DNA from: Psammoneis japonica
Lineage: Eukaryota
Direction of reading: 5' to 3'
Assembly (NCBI GenBank): GCA_008632985.1
Contig: QPGO01000001.1
Span: 590,404 to 654,403 of the forward strand
DNA: 64,000 bases
A model generated the notes under the pieces. That model did no database searches, was not told the origin of the DNA, and was given only the letters and a program-made list of their open reading frames with translations. Position numbers and translations under genes: made by a program. This document shows, in pieces, positions 49,565-62,500 of this stretch. Numbering within the stretch: the stretch's first letter is position 1; each line of letters begins with the position of its first letter.

Positions 49565-51154
49565 TCATTGATGCACTGCATGACAGGATTTGAACAGGAT
49601 TCAGGTGTGTGCGAAATGTCGCGCGCTGTTTAGTTTGCCGCACACAGTTTTGTGTGCTTTAGTTCCACGCGTTCGCGCGTGATGCAGTTTGCTTTCGAGC
49701 CACAAGGCTCACAAGAATGACAACAGCAGCCCGATCACACCAACTTGCATGTCTTTCGGCTCCTGCAACGGTCTCTGAGCGGAGACTCATCTGCCATTTA
49801 GACAGCAGCAAGGAGTTGTTGTTTGAATTCTTGCCGTTTGCCTTCAATTTCTGTCAGATTGACAGTCTTGCTCATTGTCAACCCATTGAGCAACCGCCAT
49901 CATCGTTGTTGATTTACCGACAACGCCACTTCAATTCTGCGTGGACCTCCGCACATGTTCTACATGCATCGGCAAGTCCACGCGCATTCAATGCCAGGCA
50001 TCGGCAGGAAGTTAACGTCACCGTCAAGTCTCCTCACCGCTGGATGTCTGGATTGATTGTGCCGCCTTTTGTCGCTGAAGACATGCATTCAACGGTCACA
50101 TCCAAGGCTTGCCATGTTCATCTACAATGTGGTCATTCGTGCATCTGCGGGCCGTCACAACATTTAAGAAAAATTTGACGTAAATGACCGAAAGACACCC
50201 CAACGGAAACATTCAAAAATTGGATTCAACACAACCAGACATGATGGTGAGCGCAATTTTTTGGTGTTTTTTGGGCACGAAAGTCAACAAAACGCAATCT
50301 CGTCTCACCTTGATCGGCCCTGACAAACGTTGACGTTGTGCCTTCATCACACGATTGTTCCACCCTGCTTTGCCTTTCCCAGATCATTGCCGTCATGCCC
50401 AACAGCGCAAACAAGAATCATCTGTCCATTCGTGGTGGCTTCGCTCTTCAGTCTCCCATCATGCCCACAGGTCCTTCATCTTCCTTCCCTTGGACTCTCT
50501 GGGAAGTCGCCGCAGATCCTTGTAGACAGCAGGTCGGTGTCGTGGACGTTTGAGGAATGTCTGCATGGTTGGGTGACGGACCCTGCTGGTCGATGTTCTG
50601 GTCACCCTCGCCCTTCCATCGGCTCCTCGAGTGGTGGCATCAGGAGTCTGAGTGTCAGTGGACACAGACCCGCCCCTCTTTCCGACAATCTCACTCATCG
50701 AGCCTCGCTTTCGACCTTTGGAGTCACGTCGCAGTCGTCTCAGCACCATCGCCATCCTGGGTTGCTGCCTCGGTCGGAAAAAGTGCTGTCTGTGATGGAC
50801 GCTTCTTGCAGGAGGGGATCCGTTCCTTTTTGGCCTGTGCAACGAAAGACGTGACAATGGAGGATCAGCTCATGTTTGTGCAGGTCGATTGCCGCCACCT
50901 TTCACTCACCTGCTCTGCGATGCATTTCCTTTTGCTCCCATCATCTTGCAGACGCCTCTGCCGCTCTCGAATCTGGGTTTGTGAAAGCCAGCTGGTGTGG
51001 CCCTGTTTTTTGAAATTGATCGAGTCGACCCGCCCCCGATCTTGCCCCACTTTCGGCAGCATTGGCGACATTTGTTTGACAGCTTTGTTTGAAATTTCCC
51101 AAACTCATTCATGGCAAAAGAAGCTGATTCCCTGAACGGAAATGAGGGCTGTCA

Positions 51155-53700
51155 TTGGCAGCATTGGCGGGACCCACGGATCTTGTGGGACTGAGGTTTT
51201 GGCAGGAAACTTTGTGTCACACGACTGAGCACTGGCACCCCATGATGCTCTTTTTGTTCCGCTTCCTTCATTTCGGCACATCTGCCATGGCGTTTTTCTT
51301 TTTCACCGCTCTTTTGATGTCTGGTCTTAGCGACGGTGACCTGCCATCTCCTGCCACCCACGTCCGGGCTTTGGCGGAAGGGGTTGGTCCCGGTCCCATC
51401 CAAGATTCATGTCTTGCAGCTGTTGCTGGGAAAATCAGCACCGAGGATTGTTCCATTTTTTCTCCGGAGTCAAAGGCATTCGCAGAGCACGTCCACTGCA
51501 TTGGAGCCTCCATTTTGGGACAAAGGGGAGACGAGCTGCTTGCCGGCATTTGTGAAGACTTTCTAGAAAAGAAAGCATCCTCCATTGGGATTTCAGGAGA
51601 GTCCTTTGTTCTCGGCAGGGAGGCAGTTCCACCCGAGTTGACTTGTCCTGATGAAGCCAACAGCCTCCTTGATGCAAAATCAGCTCCCGATGCAAAGCAT
51701 CAATCTGCCCCAAGCCTGGACATCCTCCCGGGGGACCTCATGTCTTCCGCAAATGAGGCAAAACATTTTCCAGGCCCTGATGCCAAGACGGACAGAAACA
51801 ACAACACCGCTCTACGAAGACGTGATGCACTTCAGCCAGTCACGACAACACAACGTCACAGTGCGTGCAAGCAAGAACCAGAGACGGAACCTGGCAAGAT
51901 CAAGCACACACATGACTTGCTTTCGTTTTGTCGACGCTGCACACTAAATTTGCCGTCGTCCCATGATCCACAAGTTGTCTCCTCCGAGGTGCATTTGAAC
52001 GAGACAGCCAAAGATCTGTGCGCAGCCGGGTGCCGAGGAAAAAGACACTCGGAAGAGGGAATGCCGCACACAGACATGTTTTGTCTTCCGATCCCGGACC
52101 TTGATGATCTGCCAAAGAATGTGCGAGAACAGATCCCACTGTGTCAGCAACAGGCGGAAGAAAACCACAAGAAGAAAAAGGGAAGCAAGGGTCCGTTCTT
52201 GCCTGCAAAGGAAAACACAGTTGTGTTTTCCTCCCTGGGCTTGCTTTGCAACATGTGCGACTGCAAGGGTCTTGACTTCAAAACAGTCGGAACCGCAGAC
52301 GGCACACATGGCGTCATCAGAAACGATTTCATTCTCACAGTTTTTGGAGTTGCGGATCATTCAAAACGAGAAAGGGGGGGAAAACAGTGTTGTTCTTCCT
52401 CATTCAAGCCCTTGGGTTATGCACTCACAACAGCAGAGCATGAGGAGGATGCATTGCACTTGCTCCTTGCAATGCAGAAGGCTGAAGCTGATTTGTTCGG
52501 TGTGCACGACTTGCACTTTGGCAGCGGTCTGTGCTGGGATCACTCCTGCCCCTTTCGCAACGCATTCAAACTGTTGTTTCCCGAAGACAATTTGCAACCT
52601 GCCACCCACACCTCGTGCGAAAGTTCCGAACCGACTTTGTCAGGAATCAAAACGGACAATGCCGAAAGCACGCAAAAGACCAAAGCTTCCTCTCAAGCGT
52701 CGCCATCAAAGACGTGAGGAAGCTCCATCGCTGCAAGACCTGGGACCTGTTTCACCCAATGGCCAAGATGGTCATTCACTCGTGGAAAATGGCCGGAGAG
52801 ACCAAGCTTGAGGAAGTTTTTGATTCTCAGCATGTCGAGAACAAAGATTTTTGTCGCTGGCACTGTTCCGCCTTTGGGGAGCCTGGATGCGTTCCCCAGA
52901 ACAACTCACACGAAAGGCAAGGGCCTGCCTGCTGTTCCTGCAATGCAACACGTCACATCCCAGACCGGCGCTCACACTGTCTTCTTTTTTGTTGTTGTTC
53001 AGAATGAATCTTGAAATGAAGGGAAGCAACCAGTTTGTTGGTTTGCTTCCAACAGGCGTGTCGATGCACCGTGCCCTCAATGAAACGTTGCCCGGGTTGG
53101 TGCACACCCACACACAAGAGCGCTCTGCCATTGGAAAGGGTTGGCACATTCTCGACGAGGACAAGGCCCTCACCCCACCTGTTGTTTCGGCAATCAGCAA
53201 GATGGATTTAGAAAAAGACATTGTTCTGCACAAGGGTGGTTGCCTTGTGAACACGGAGGATTCTTTGGGAACTCCAATCGACCCCACCCACATTGTTGAT
53301 TGTGAGAATGCACTCAGGGGTCACTTCGTTGGCGAGTGCAAACACTCACATGATGCCTTGTACAAGCTCACCACTGGTCTGTGCCAAGTGACGATGAAAC
53401 ATCTGCCTGATGGGCGAACCATGCACATGGGCGACTGTGAAGAGTTTTGCACATCTGCGAAATGCCCGCACGCTGCTGCGCTGCAGTGCAAGGACATCTT
53501 GCCATCTAGAACCACCAAGTTGACAGTTGGGAAGAGGTCTAGACAGGCCCAGACAGATGATGCCGGAGCCCTGAAATTAGAAGCAGAGCATCGTGAGAAA
53601 AAGAGGGTTCTGGATTTGTGCGTGTCAACGGAGACACGTTGCAACGCGACTCACCATCCTGCAAATGAAACTCAGACTCGGCACGATGCAACTCTGCATT
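51155..53700 (+). pseudogene. MULE/Mutator-like transposase with C-terminal SWIM finger, decayed
   Basis: VFSS..LL, ADGTH, FKPLGYAL...EHE, WDHS..FRNAF, CHPHLVRK, W..SAFGEPGCVPQNNSHE and SWIM-like DCEEF...CPH across ORFs 51155-52717, 52531-53007 and 52851-53849. Boundaries are approximate. Confidence 0.8.
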
Positions 53701-53899
53701 CGTACATGGTTGGCCATGGAATGTCAGTGGAATTTGGAAACCGACACTGCCCCGATCCACCTCCTTGCTGCATGTGCATGGTGCATTCAATGTGCTTTGC
53801 CGGTTGCTTCTGCGGCTGTCTCCATTTTACAAGACATTCGCAAGGATGAGTTGGGACGACCAACGTTGTTTTGATGTGACAATGTAAATCTGATGTTGG

Positions 53900-56800
53900 T
53901 TCACGTCAAAAACACTCCACCCAATCTACCATGACTGTCTTTGGCCACTTCCAAGGGAGGAAGTGCCTTTCCATCTGCCTCCGACAAGTGTCCTGCATGC
54001 ACCCTCGGTTCCTTGGATTTGTTTGTGGACTCGCGGCAAACCATTGCAACTGTCCGGACCGCCGAAGGGTTCGTTTGCAACATTGGCATGAGCACCAAGA
54101 ATTCCCGACACATTCCAAGGTGATGCCACAGCCAGCTCTTGCCATTGCCGTAATCCGTTTCAAACATTGGTGTCAACAACAGAGCACTGACCGCCCCGCG
54201 TCTGCTGCAATGTGATCCCCGTTCCCTGCTTGCAAGTCCAAGCGGTGGCAGGTGATCTTTGTGAAGTGACGGGAAATGAGCTGTCTTCACGCATCGCGGT
54301 GCATCGCACGAAAGCATCAGAGAAGCGACCCAGTTGCCGTCATGCAGCTTCTTCATTCTCATGCATTCAACTGATGTTTTTCAGTCGATGCCCAAGCACT
54401 TGTTCACTGCGAATTCTGAGGGATCATACAGCGCCAGGTGTTGTCCCTTGTTCAACATTTTTTGCAAAACTGGAACGGTGTCATGGAAATCCGTCAAGGT
54501 GACAGTGTCATCGCTCTCCACCTTTTCCTTTCCCTTTGATGTGTTTTTTGGTTTGATGGACCATTCACAGTTTTTCATGGAAGGCAACCCAGCTGTCAGA
54601 CAAAGCTTTTGGCTTTCCTGACAATGGTTGAGGGCCCACGTTGGCATGCAATGATTTGTCGATGGATCCACACTCCAAGTGACACACGAATCCGCTTGAA
54701 CTTTTCGGTTTGTTTGTTGGGGGGACCACATGACAGATGCGCCTCCGGTGATCTGCTGTCATTCAGTTTTGCAAAGGGGATCGGAGTGCCTTTGATGATG
54801 CATTCCTCGGCGACCATGCGTGTGCTGTCGCCGCTCGAGCGAGTTGTGACACATGCCATCTCCTCCCCTTTCGACACCGTCACATTGAGTTTCTTAGAAA
54901 TGCTCCAGACAACCATTGTCATGGACTCTCTGCTTTCAATGTTGAATCCAAGTGACTGCAGTTTTTTCATGCCCATGTCACTGCCGGGTTGAGTCATGTT
55001 CAGCACGTTCAAGTCACACTCCGAGACAAGAACCGAGGAAGCAAGAACCACCTTCTGCGATTTGAGTTCTTGCACACCCGCCACCTTGGAATTCAATTTC
55101 CAGATTAGCTTCCTGTGCGCTGCATTGGCAATGGACACATTCCTGAATTGAGCCATGTGCGCGTTCAACTCTCGGCAAGAATCATCGATGGTTGCATCCC
55201 GACTCGCTCGACTGGAATCGAACACCGCCCTCCTTGTCACCGTTGAAGTCACGGCACCCATCAAAAGATGGGTGGCTGTGTCCGAGGAAGTTGCGGCATT
55301 CATTGGCATGTGAACAACCTGAGTGGCCGCTGTTGACGTCGCCACGCTGCAACAACACAAAAACCAACATGTGAGAATTGCTCTGTTTGTGTTCACAAGG
55401 CAAAAGTGATGCACATGACAGCAATTACCTCCATGTGCTTACGCCGAAACATTTCGCATCGATGCGAATTGTTTGAGCATGCAAAAAAGGAACAGGCCAT
55501 TTCTAGAAGGAGGTGGCCCGACATGGTGCAACCGTCCTTCTCAACTTCCGCTGAGATTCTCTTTGCCTCGTTTGACAACGGCGCCATTTGGACCAATGGA
55601 TCGCAATGAATGGGCATGGTCTTGAACAATGCATTGTCATTGCAGTGGGTGGCATCACAAACTTCACGTCGTTTGGGTGGAAGCAAGTTGCATTGATGGA
55701 TCAAGCAGTCACTTGCCCTGCCAACAGTGTCCAACCACTCACAACAGTTTTTCACGGAATTTTTCCAGCTGCCCGTTGTCACTGCCGTTACCCGCATGTT
55801 CAGTTTTTTGCAAACAAAGCTGTCCCAGGCGTCATGCAAGTTGCTTTGAAAGGGACATCCCTGTGAATCAGTGTGACGTTTTAGTCGGTCCGGTCCCAGA
55901 TGCCACCCGTCGTTTGTGTGCAACAGAAAGTTGCATGAAACAAACTCCATGGAAATGTTGTCATTTGTCCGCTGTGCAAAGTCTTGCTTTCTTGTTGGAA
56001 ACCTTGTTTCGTCGATGAAGTTGTCACCGGGGAGGAATTTGGCGTGAGCTTTCTTGCACAGTGCATTGAACTTCACCATCAAGGGTGTGTGCCGGGCGGT
56101 TCCATTCTTGAATTGGGGGGTCACAATGCCATCGTCGTCGTAGATGACACATTGGTCCCCACAAACGCCAACGGCAAATCCCCGGTTGCCCCTTGGGCCG
56201 CATTCCACCACCTTCTTCTTCCGAGGATCGGACTCATCATCCTTCACCATGACATCATGCCACACGGATTCTAAATCAAGTGCTTTTGTGTCATCCTTAA
56301 ATGTGTCCTGGCCAAGCGTTGCAAAGGCTACGTTGCCACCTTCCTTCAACACTTGGTCCTCGCCATCATTTGCCTTGGTGTGCGGAATGTTCATGCCATC
56401 GCATTTCGTCTTGTAATTGTGAAGCATTGAATCCTCCAAAGCAAAATGGGGTGAACACTCTAGCTTGTTCGCCATTGCAAAGCCATGATCTGTTCTCTCG
56501 CATGACAACACATGATGGGTGCCGGGAGCGCTGAGACACCCGAGAGCAGAAATGTCCTTGTCCTTGAAGGCGGCAATGGGTTCATCGCGCATTTCAAACA
56601 ACAGGTGGGTTTGCACTCGGCAAGAATTTGACATGTCGGCACAAGCAACATTGATGCTCTCGCACTGAAGCATTGGCTTGGTTGTCTGTGTGTGATCAAT
56701 GGAGGTGCTGGAGGATGGCTGGACGGGTTCATCGATGAGAATCTGATGTCCATGGGCCCTTGTCACACAATGCAGGTCACCAAAACCTTCGTCGTTACTT

Positions 56801-58685
56801 TCATCCAGTGCCTCGTCAACAGGACGACCTTGAAGAGGGTCACAACTGGCATCGGCATCGTCATCTTCGTTGTCATTGACAATCCTCTCTACATTGGGCC
56901 CCTCTACATTGGGCAGCTGGTGGTCGGGTCCGAGCCCATCAATTGAGGAAGGACTTGGCCGTTGATCAAGTGATCTCCTCCTCCTTGGCACAGATTCATC
57001 CAGAGAGGATGTGCTGGCTGATGCAGTTCCCGTTGCAACCGATGGAGGAACAGATTGTGCAGCAACATCAGATCGTCCTGTGCTCAAAAAACGACTGCCG
57101 CCTGGAGGGACACTGGTTTCTGTGCCAAAACCACCGCCACCACGACCTCCACCATGATGTCCACCACAACCTCCGCCACCATGTCCACCAACACGGCAAC
57201 CACCACGGCCACCACATCCACCATGTCCACCACCACGGCCAAAGCTTCCGTGTCCTGCATGAGGGATGGAACCATGGGTTCCGCCACGGCAATGGCCAGA
57301 GTGCACTCCACGGCAACTGCCGTGACGGCCACCACCATGGCAACCGCCACGACGGCCACCACCATGGCCACCACCACAGCCACCGCCACGGCCCAAACCA
57401 TGGCCACCGCCACGGCCCAAACCACGGCCACTGCCACGGCCACCGCCACCACATCCTGGACCATGTCCACCACGTCCACTAAAATGTGCACCATCCTCTC
57501 CACCACCTTCCTTGGCATGTCTAGGATCATTGTCAGGTTGAGGAGTGCCAACAGATGCAGTGCGGCCAGAGTTGTCACCTGCCACAGGACGACTGTCGTG
57601 ACGGCTGCCGGCATCAACACTTGCGGCACTGTCCGAGGCACATCCACTGCGGCATCCAAAGTCCCCTGCGCCCTCCTCTCCACCACCTTCCTCGGCATGT
57701 CTAGGATCATTGTTGGGTTGAGGAGCACCAACAGATGCAGTGCAGCCAGTGTTGTCACCTGCTGCAGGACGACTGTCGTGACGGCTGCCGGCATCAACAC
57801 TTGCGGCACTGTCCGAGGCATTTCCACTGCGGCATCCAAAGTCCCCTGCGCCCTCCTCTCCACCACCTTCCTCGGCACATCTAGGATCATTGTTGGGTTG
57901 AGGAGCGCCAACAGATGCAGTGCGGCCAGAGTTGTCACCTGCCACAGGACGACTGTCGTGACGGCTGCCGGTGTCAACACTTCAGCACTGTCCGAGGCAT
58001 GTCCACTGCGGCATCCAAAGTCCCCTGCGCCCTCCAATCCACCTTCCTTGGCACATCTAGGATCATTGTCAGGTTGAGGAGTGCCAACAGATGCAGTGCG
58101 GCCAGAGTTGTCACCTGCTGCAGGACGACTGTCGTGACGGCCACCGGTGTCAACACTTGCGGCACTGTCCGAGGCATGTCCACTGCAGCATCCAAAGTCC
58201 CCTGCGCCCTCCAATCCACCTTCCTCGGCATGTCTAGGATCATTGTTGGGTTGAGGAGCACCGACAGATGCAGTGCAGCCAGAGTTGTCACCTGCTGCAG
58301 GACGACTGTCGTGACGGCTGCCGGTGTCAACACTTGCGGCACTGTCCGAGGCATTTCCACTGCGGCATCCAAAGTCCCCCACGCCCTCCAATCCACCTGC
58401 GCCACTTCTACCACCATGGCCACCACCACATCCACCACCATGGCCACCATGTCCACCACCACGGTGACCCAAGCCAACAAAGGTGTCGGAACCGTCCGAG
58501 TTGTCACCCGCCACAGAAACGCTGCAATGACGGCCACCGGCAGCTAGCCACACAGCACCACCCTCTGCATGCCTGAGACCATTGTTAACTCGAGGAGTCC
58601 AAACATGGCCACGCCGACCTCCAAAGGGTACAACACGTCCCCCATTGGGCCGGCGTTGGTTGAATCCATGATTGTTGTTGCACAT
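53900..58685 (-). pseudogene. Large cargo/accessory gene convergent with the MULE transposase: Gly/RGG-rich N-terminus, five ~59-60 aa repeats and uncharacterised globular domains
   Basis: Overlapping minus-strand ORFs 57084-58685, 55393-57945, 54596-55414, 54381-54731 and 53901-54362. A 1 bp deletion at ~57981 splits the first two. Confidence 0.55.
57491..58397. repeat. Coding tandem array, 5 units of 177-180 bp
   Basis: Unit ccaccttcc...ctaggatcattgt...cagatgcagtgc...gacgactgtcgtgacggc...ggcatccaaagtccc starts at ~57491, 57671, 57851, 58030 and 58207. Confidence 0.95.
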
Positions 58686-59539
58686 GACAATAAAATCCTG
58701 TCCTTCGTCTCCAAGAACAAAAAGAGCGACAGCAATTGCGGGGCGAGATTGTTCCGCAACACAAACGAACGTGTTGTTCTGGGCATGTCATCATGGTCGG
58801 CGCACCTTGCATTCGACAAAGAACATTCTGGGAAAAAGAATGGGCACCCAAAAAAGGTGTTGGATCGGTTGCACCGGTGTGCATTGGGATGCAGACAAAA
58901 GACAATGTGTGCATCATTCTGGTGTTGGGCAGAAGGTTCCGGGTGCGGTGTTGCACATGTCGCAAGAGGGACAATGTCATTTGGTTGTTGCAGGGAATGA
59001 AAGGGTGATGGACTTCTTCTTGCGTCGTGTTTGTGTGGTCGTGGATTCATGTGGTCGTAGATTTGCGGTCATGAAACGACATTTTTATTAAGTCAAAATT
59101 GACGCATGTTGAGTCTCATGGGGGGCGGTTGACAAGATTGATTGAGTCGCGCAGGAACGAATTGGGGAGAAAATTTGATCAGAAATCCAACGTGAAAAAG
59201 ACGCAGAACAATGCACGGGGTTGCCACTTGAGGAAACCATGTGAAAAATGCATGGCAACCAAAGCACATGGAAAACAAACAAATGGAAGAAAAGATCTTG
59301 GGAATGACAACATTTGTCATAGACAAGCATCTACACCGGTCACAGGGAGCAAGGATGACCCTGCACACAAAAGTTCAAATGGATGGAGCTTTTTCATCCA
59401 AACCGTGTGTCTGCACAACCCGCAGATGCACGGAACTGGCGTCCAAGTCTGTCCTTGATCCTCATCCCTTGATGCACCCATTCAACGGTTAACGGTCAAG
59501 AACCCCACACATTCAAGGATCTTCGTCGCTGAAGACATG

Positions 59540-62500
59540 TGCACACACACATCTTCACGGCCAAGAACTTGCACCCACTCTTTGGGCTGCGGCTTTGCCA
59601 CCACTCTACAAGCACACCGAGTCCATTGCACCTGATCCACCCTGGACTGCTGGTGCTCTGCAGTTCCACCAGGTCCACGAGGACAACTGTGAGAGCAAGC
59701 AGCCGTGATTGCAGCCTACGTTGGGGCGAGGGTGTTTTTCCTGCGTTTGTTTGTTCGTCCACAGCGCCTGACTCCTGCGTCAACTGGCCAGCCTGATCGG
59801 GAAATCCAACCGACACAAAATAAGAACGGTTCGGGGGTCTTGTCCACCTCTGGTCAGCTTGCCTGCAGGGGTTTACAACCCGCTGCTCCACTCGCAAGCA
59901 ACCCAAAGTGCCACCAGCTGCGGGTTTGGACGTGCCGGCACAACTCCACGGACCGGATAGGAAGTTTGGCACTCAACAACGAACGGGACAGCACAGCCCG
60001 GCAACTTCTGATTTTAGGGCAGTTCAAGATTTCAAGTCAAGTCTGTTTCAAGTCAAGTCTGTTCTCACCCAAGTTTCAAGTCTGCCTTCACGTCCCAACA
60101 AGAATCGCTTGACCTGACACCACTTTTGTCTGCCATGGTTCTCACTCGTCAGCAACAAACCGATGGTTTCGAGCACGTTGTTGGAACCGTGCTTGCCCAA
60201 GGTGCTGGAAGCCCTCTTCGTTTGGCTTTGACCCACGACGGCATGGACTCGCATCAAGAGCTGTTCACGTTCACACCGTCTCAAATCGACTTGCTTGAGT
60301 GCGACAATGGCACTAATGTGATCCCTTTGCCCCGTGGTTATAAGAACATGTTGGCAGCTCTGGTTGGTCTGTACATTGTCAAAGCACACAAAGGTCTTGA
60401 AGTTGCCAATGACTCCTCGTTGTTCATGCATGAGGAGTTCCTTGCCTGCCGCCTCAGCCCCGACTGCATGTCTTCTGTGTCCGTCGGCAGCTCGCCCCTT
60501 GCACCTCCACATGTCACCAACCCGACCAAGGCACGCGACCCGGTGCGAGACTTCAAGCGAGGCATCAAGCATGACCCCACCGCTTTCACGGCTCTCAAAT
60601 CTGACAAGCAGTGGCACACTTGGCACACCTCACTTGTGGCACAAGCCCGTGCCCAAGACGTTGAGTGCACTCTAGACTCGCCGTACAAACCGACCAGCCC
60701 CGAAGACAAACTGCTCTTTGCTGAACAGCAAAAGCACATGTTCGCCGTCTTCGAACGCATCCTTCTCACCGACAAGGGCAAGGCTCTCATTCGCAAAAAT
60801 GTGGGGTCTTCTGATGCCCAGACTGTCTGCCGCGCCTTGTCCAAGCATGCGCTTGCCTCCACCCGCGCATCTGTCGAGTCCTCCACCTTGCTCACGCACC
60901 TCACCACTGCACGTCTTGGTGATGGCACTTGGAAAGGTCCGACCCACAGGTTCATCCTTCATTGGCAAGATCAGTTGCGCAAGTGCAAGGCACTCATCCC
61001 GGCCAGTGACCACTTCTCTGAAGGACAGAAGTGCGTCATGCTCGAGAATGCCGTGCATCCTGTCGAGGAACTCCGTGCTGTCAAGAACCAAGCTGATCAG
61101 CATCGCACGCAGAGTGGCAAGAGCCTCACATGCGATCAACATTGTGGCTTGCTCCTCTCCGCGGCGGCTCAATGCGACAGTGCGTTTCAACCCAAGATGA
61201 CACCTCGAGCTCCCCGACGCGCCATGTGCGCACACGACGTCCACTCCGAGGAACCGTCCGATGATGTGTTCCATGACATCGACAGCGACATTGACGTCCT
61301 TCAGGCTGATGCTGCCTGCACCCGCGGTCCCAGCCTCGCCGGTGACCAATGGAAACGTCTCCCTCCCGACCACCAACGGATTTGGGACTCGTTGCCCCAT
61401 TCCTCCAAGGCGATCATCCTTGAGCATTCTCATCCGCCTCCCCGCAACCCGCGAGCCAGCAACTGCCATGAGTCCGTTACGGCCAACCTTCACGACCAAC
61501 ACCTTGGGAGTGACGGTGATGTCAACTTGTCCAACACGACTCCTGCTGCCTCTGGTGACCCCGCTCCAAATGTGGATGCCACTTCAGACAATCCCATCCT
61601 GGCGCACCTCACCAAGCGCAAGCCACTGCCACCCGGTGATCTGCAATGCCTGTTGTCTCCTGACCAAGCCCCCAATGCTGGTTGACCGGGGCCATCCGCC
61701 GCTCCCCCCACCTTGCCCGCTCCCACTGATGACACAGAACTCAATGGCCGCACTTGCTGCCGCGTTGACAACCACAATGTCATTTGCTCTGCCTCCGCTC
61801 ATTGCTCCACACGCACTGGTGCTCCAGTCGATCGTGGGGCCAACGGCGGCATTGCTGGCGACGACGTTCTCGTCATTGCACGCACCTCTCGCCAAGTTGA
61901 CGTTCAGGGCATTGATGACCATCAATTGGTGGACATCCCCATTGTCGCCGCTGGTGCCATCATTGAGACACAGCGTGGTCCCGTCATCGCCATCCTCCAT
62001 CAGCACGCATGCACGGGAAAGGGCAAGACCATTCATTCCTGCGGCCAGCTCGAATGGTGCAAACAGGATGTCAACGATCGCTCTGTCAAGGTGCCCAACG
62101 GCTTGCAACGCATTGCCACCCCTGATGACCATGTCATCCCAATTGACATCAAGGGTGGCCTGCCTCATGTTGCCATGTGACCTTGCACTGATGCTGAATG
62201 GGACACCCTGCCCCATGTCATCCTTGCCGGTGATGACACATGGGATCCTTCCATCCTCAATCACTCTGTCGCTGATGACGATCAGTGGTGCGACGCGATC
62301 TCTGACCTGCAGGACCATCCCACTGCCAACCTGCTTGACGAATGCGGCAACCACCGTCATCGTGTCGTTGTCAACAAGACCATCATGTCCGCCTCCTTGT
62401 CTGCCAATCACGCGTCCGCCCTCGATGACCATGTCATTCCGAACAACGACGTGTTCTACGAGTGTCATCTGCACGCGATTGACCCCAAGGACGATGACGT

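Noticed and set aside
57084..58547. Long Val/Ala-rich and Thr-rich ORFs overlapping the tandem array
   Set aside because: Alternative-frame and antisense shadows of the Gly-rich repeat coding region.
50040..59540. Long TIRs delimiting the MULE element
   Set aside because: Only short matches (cgtgcatctgcggg inverted; gtcgctgaagacatg direct) in mixed orientation, so the termini cannot be fixed.
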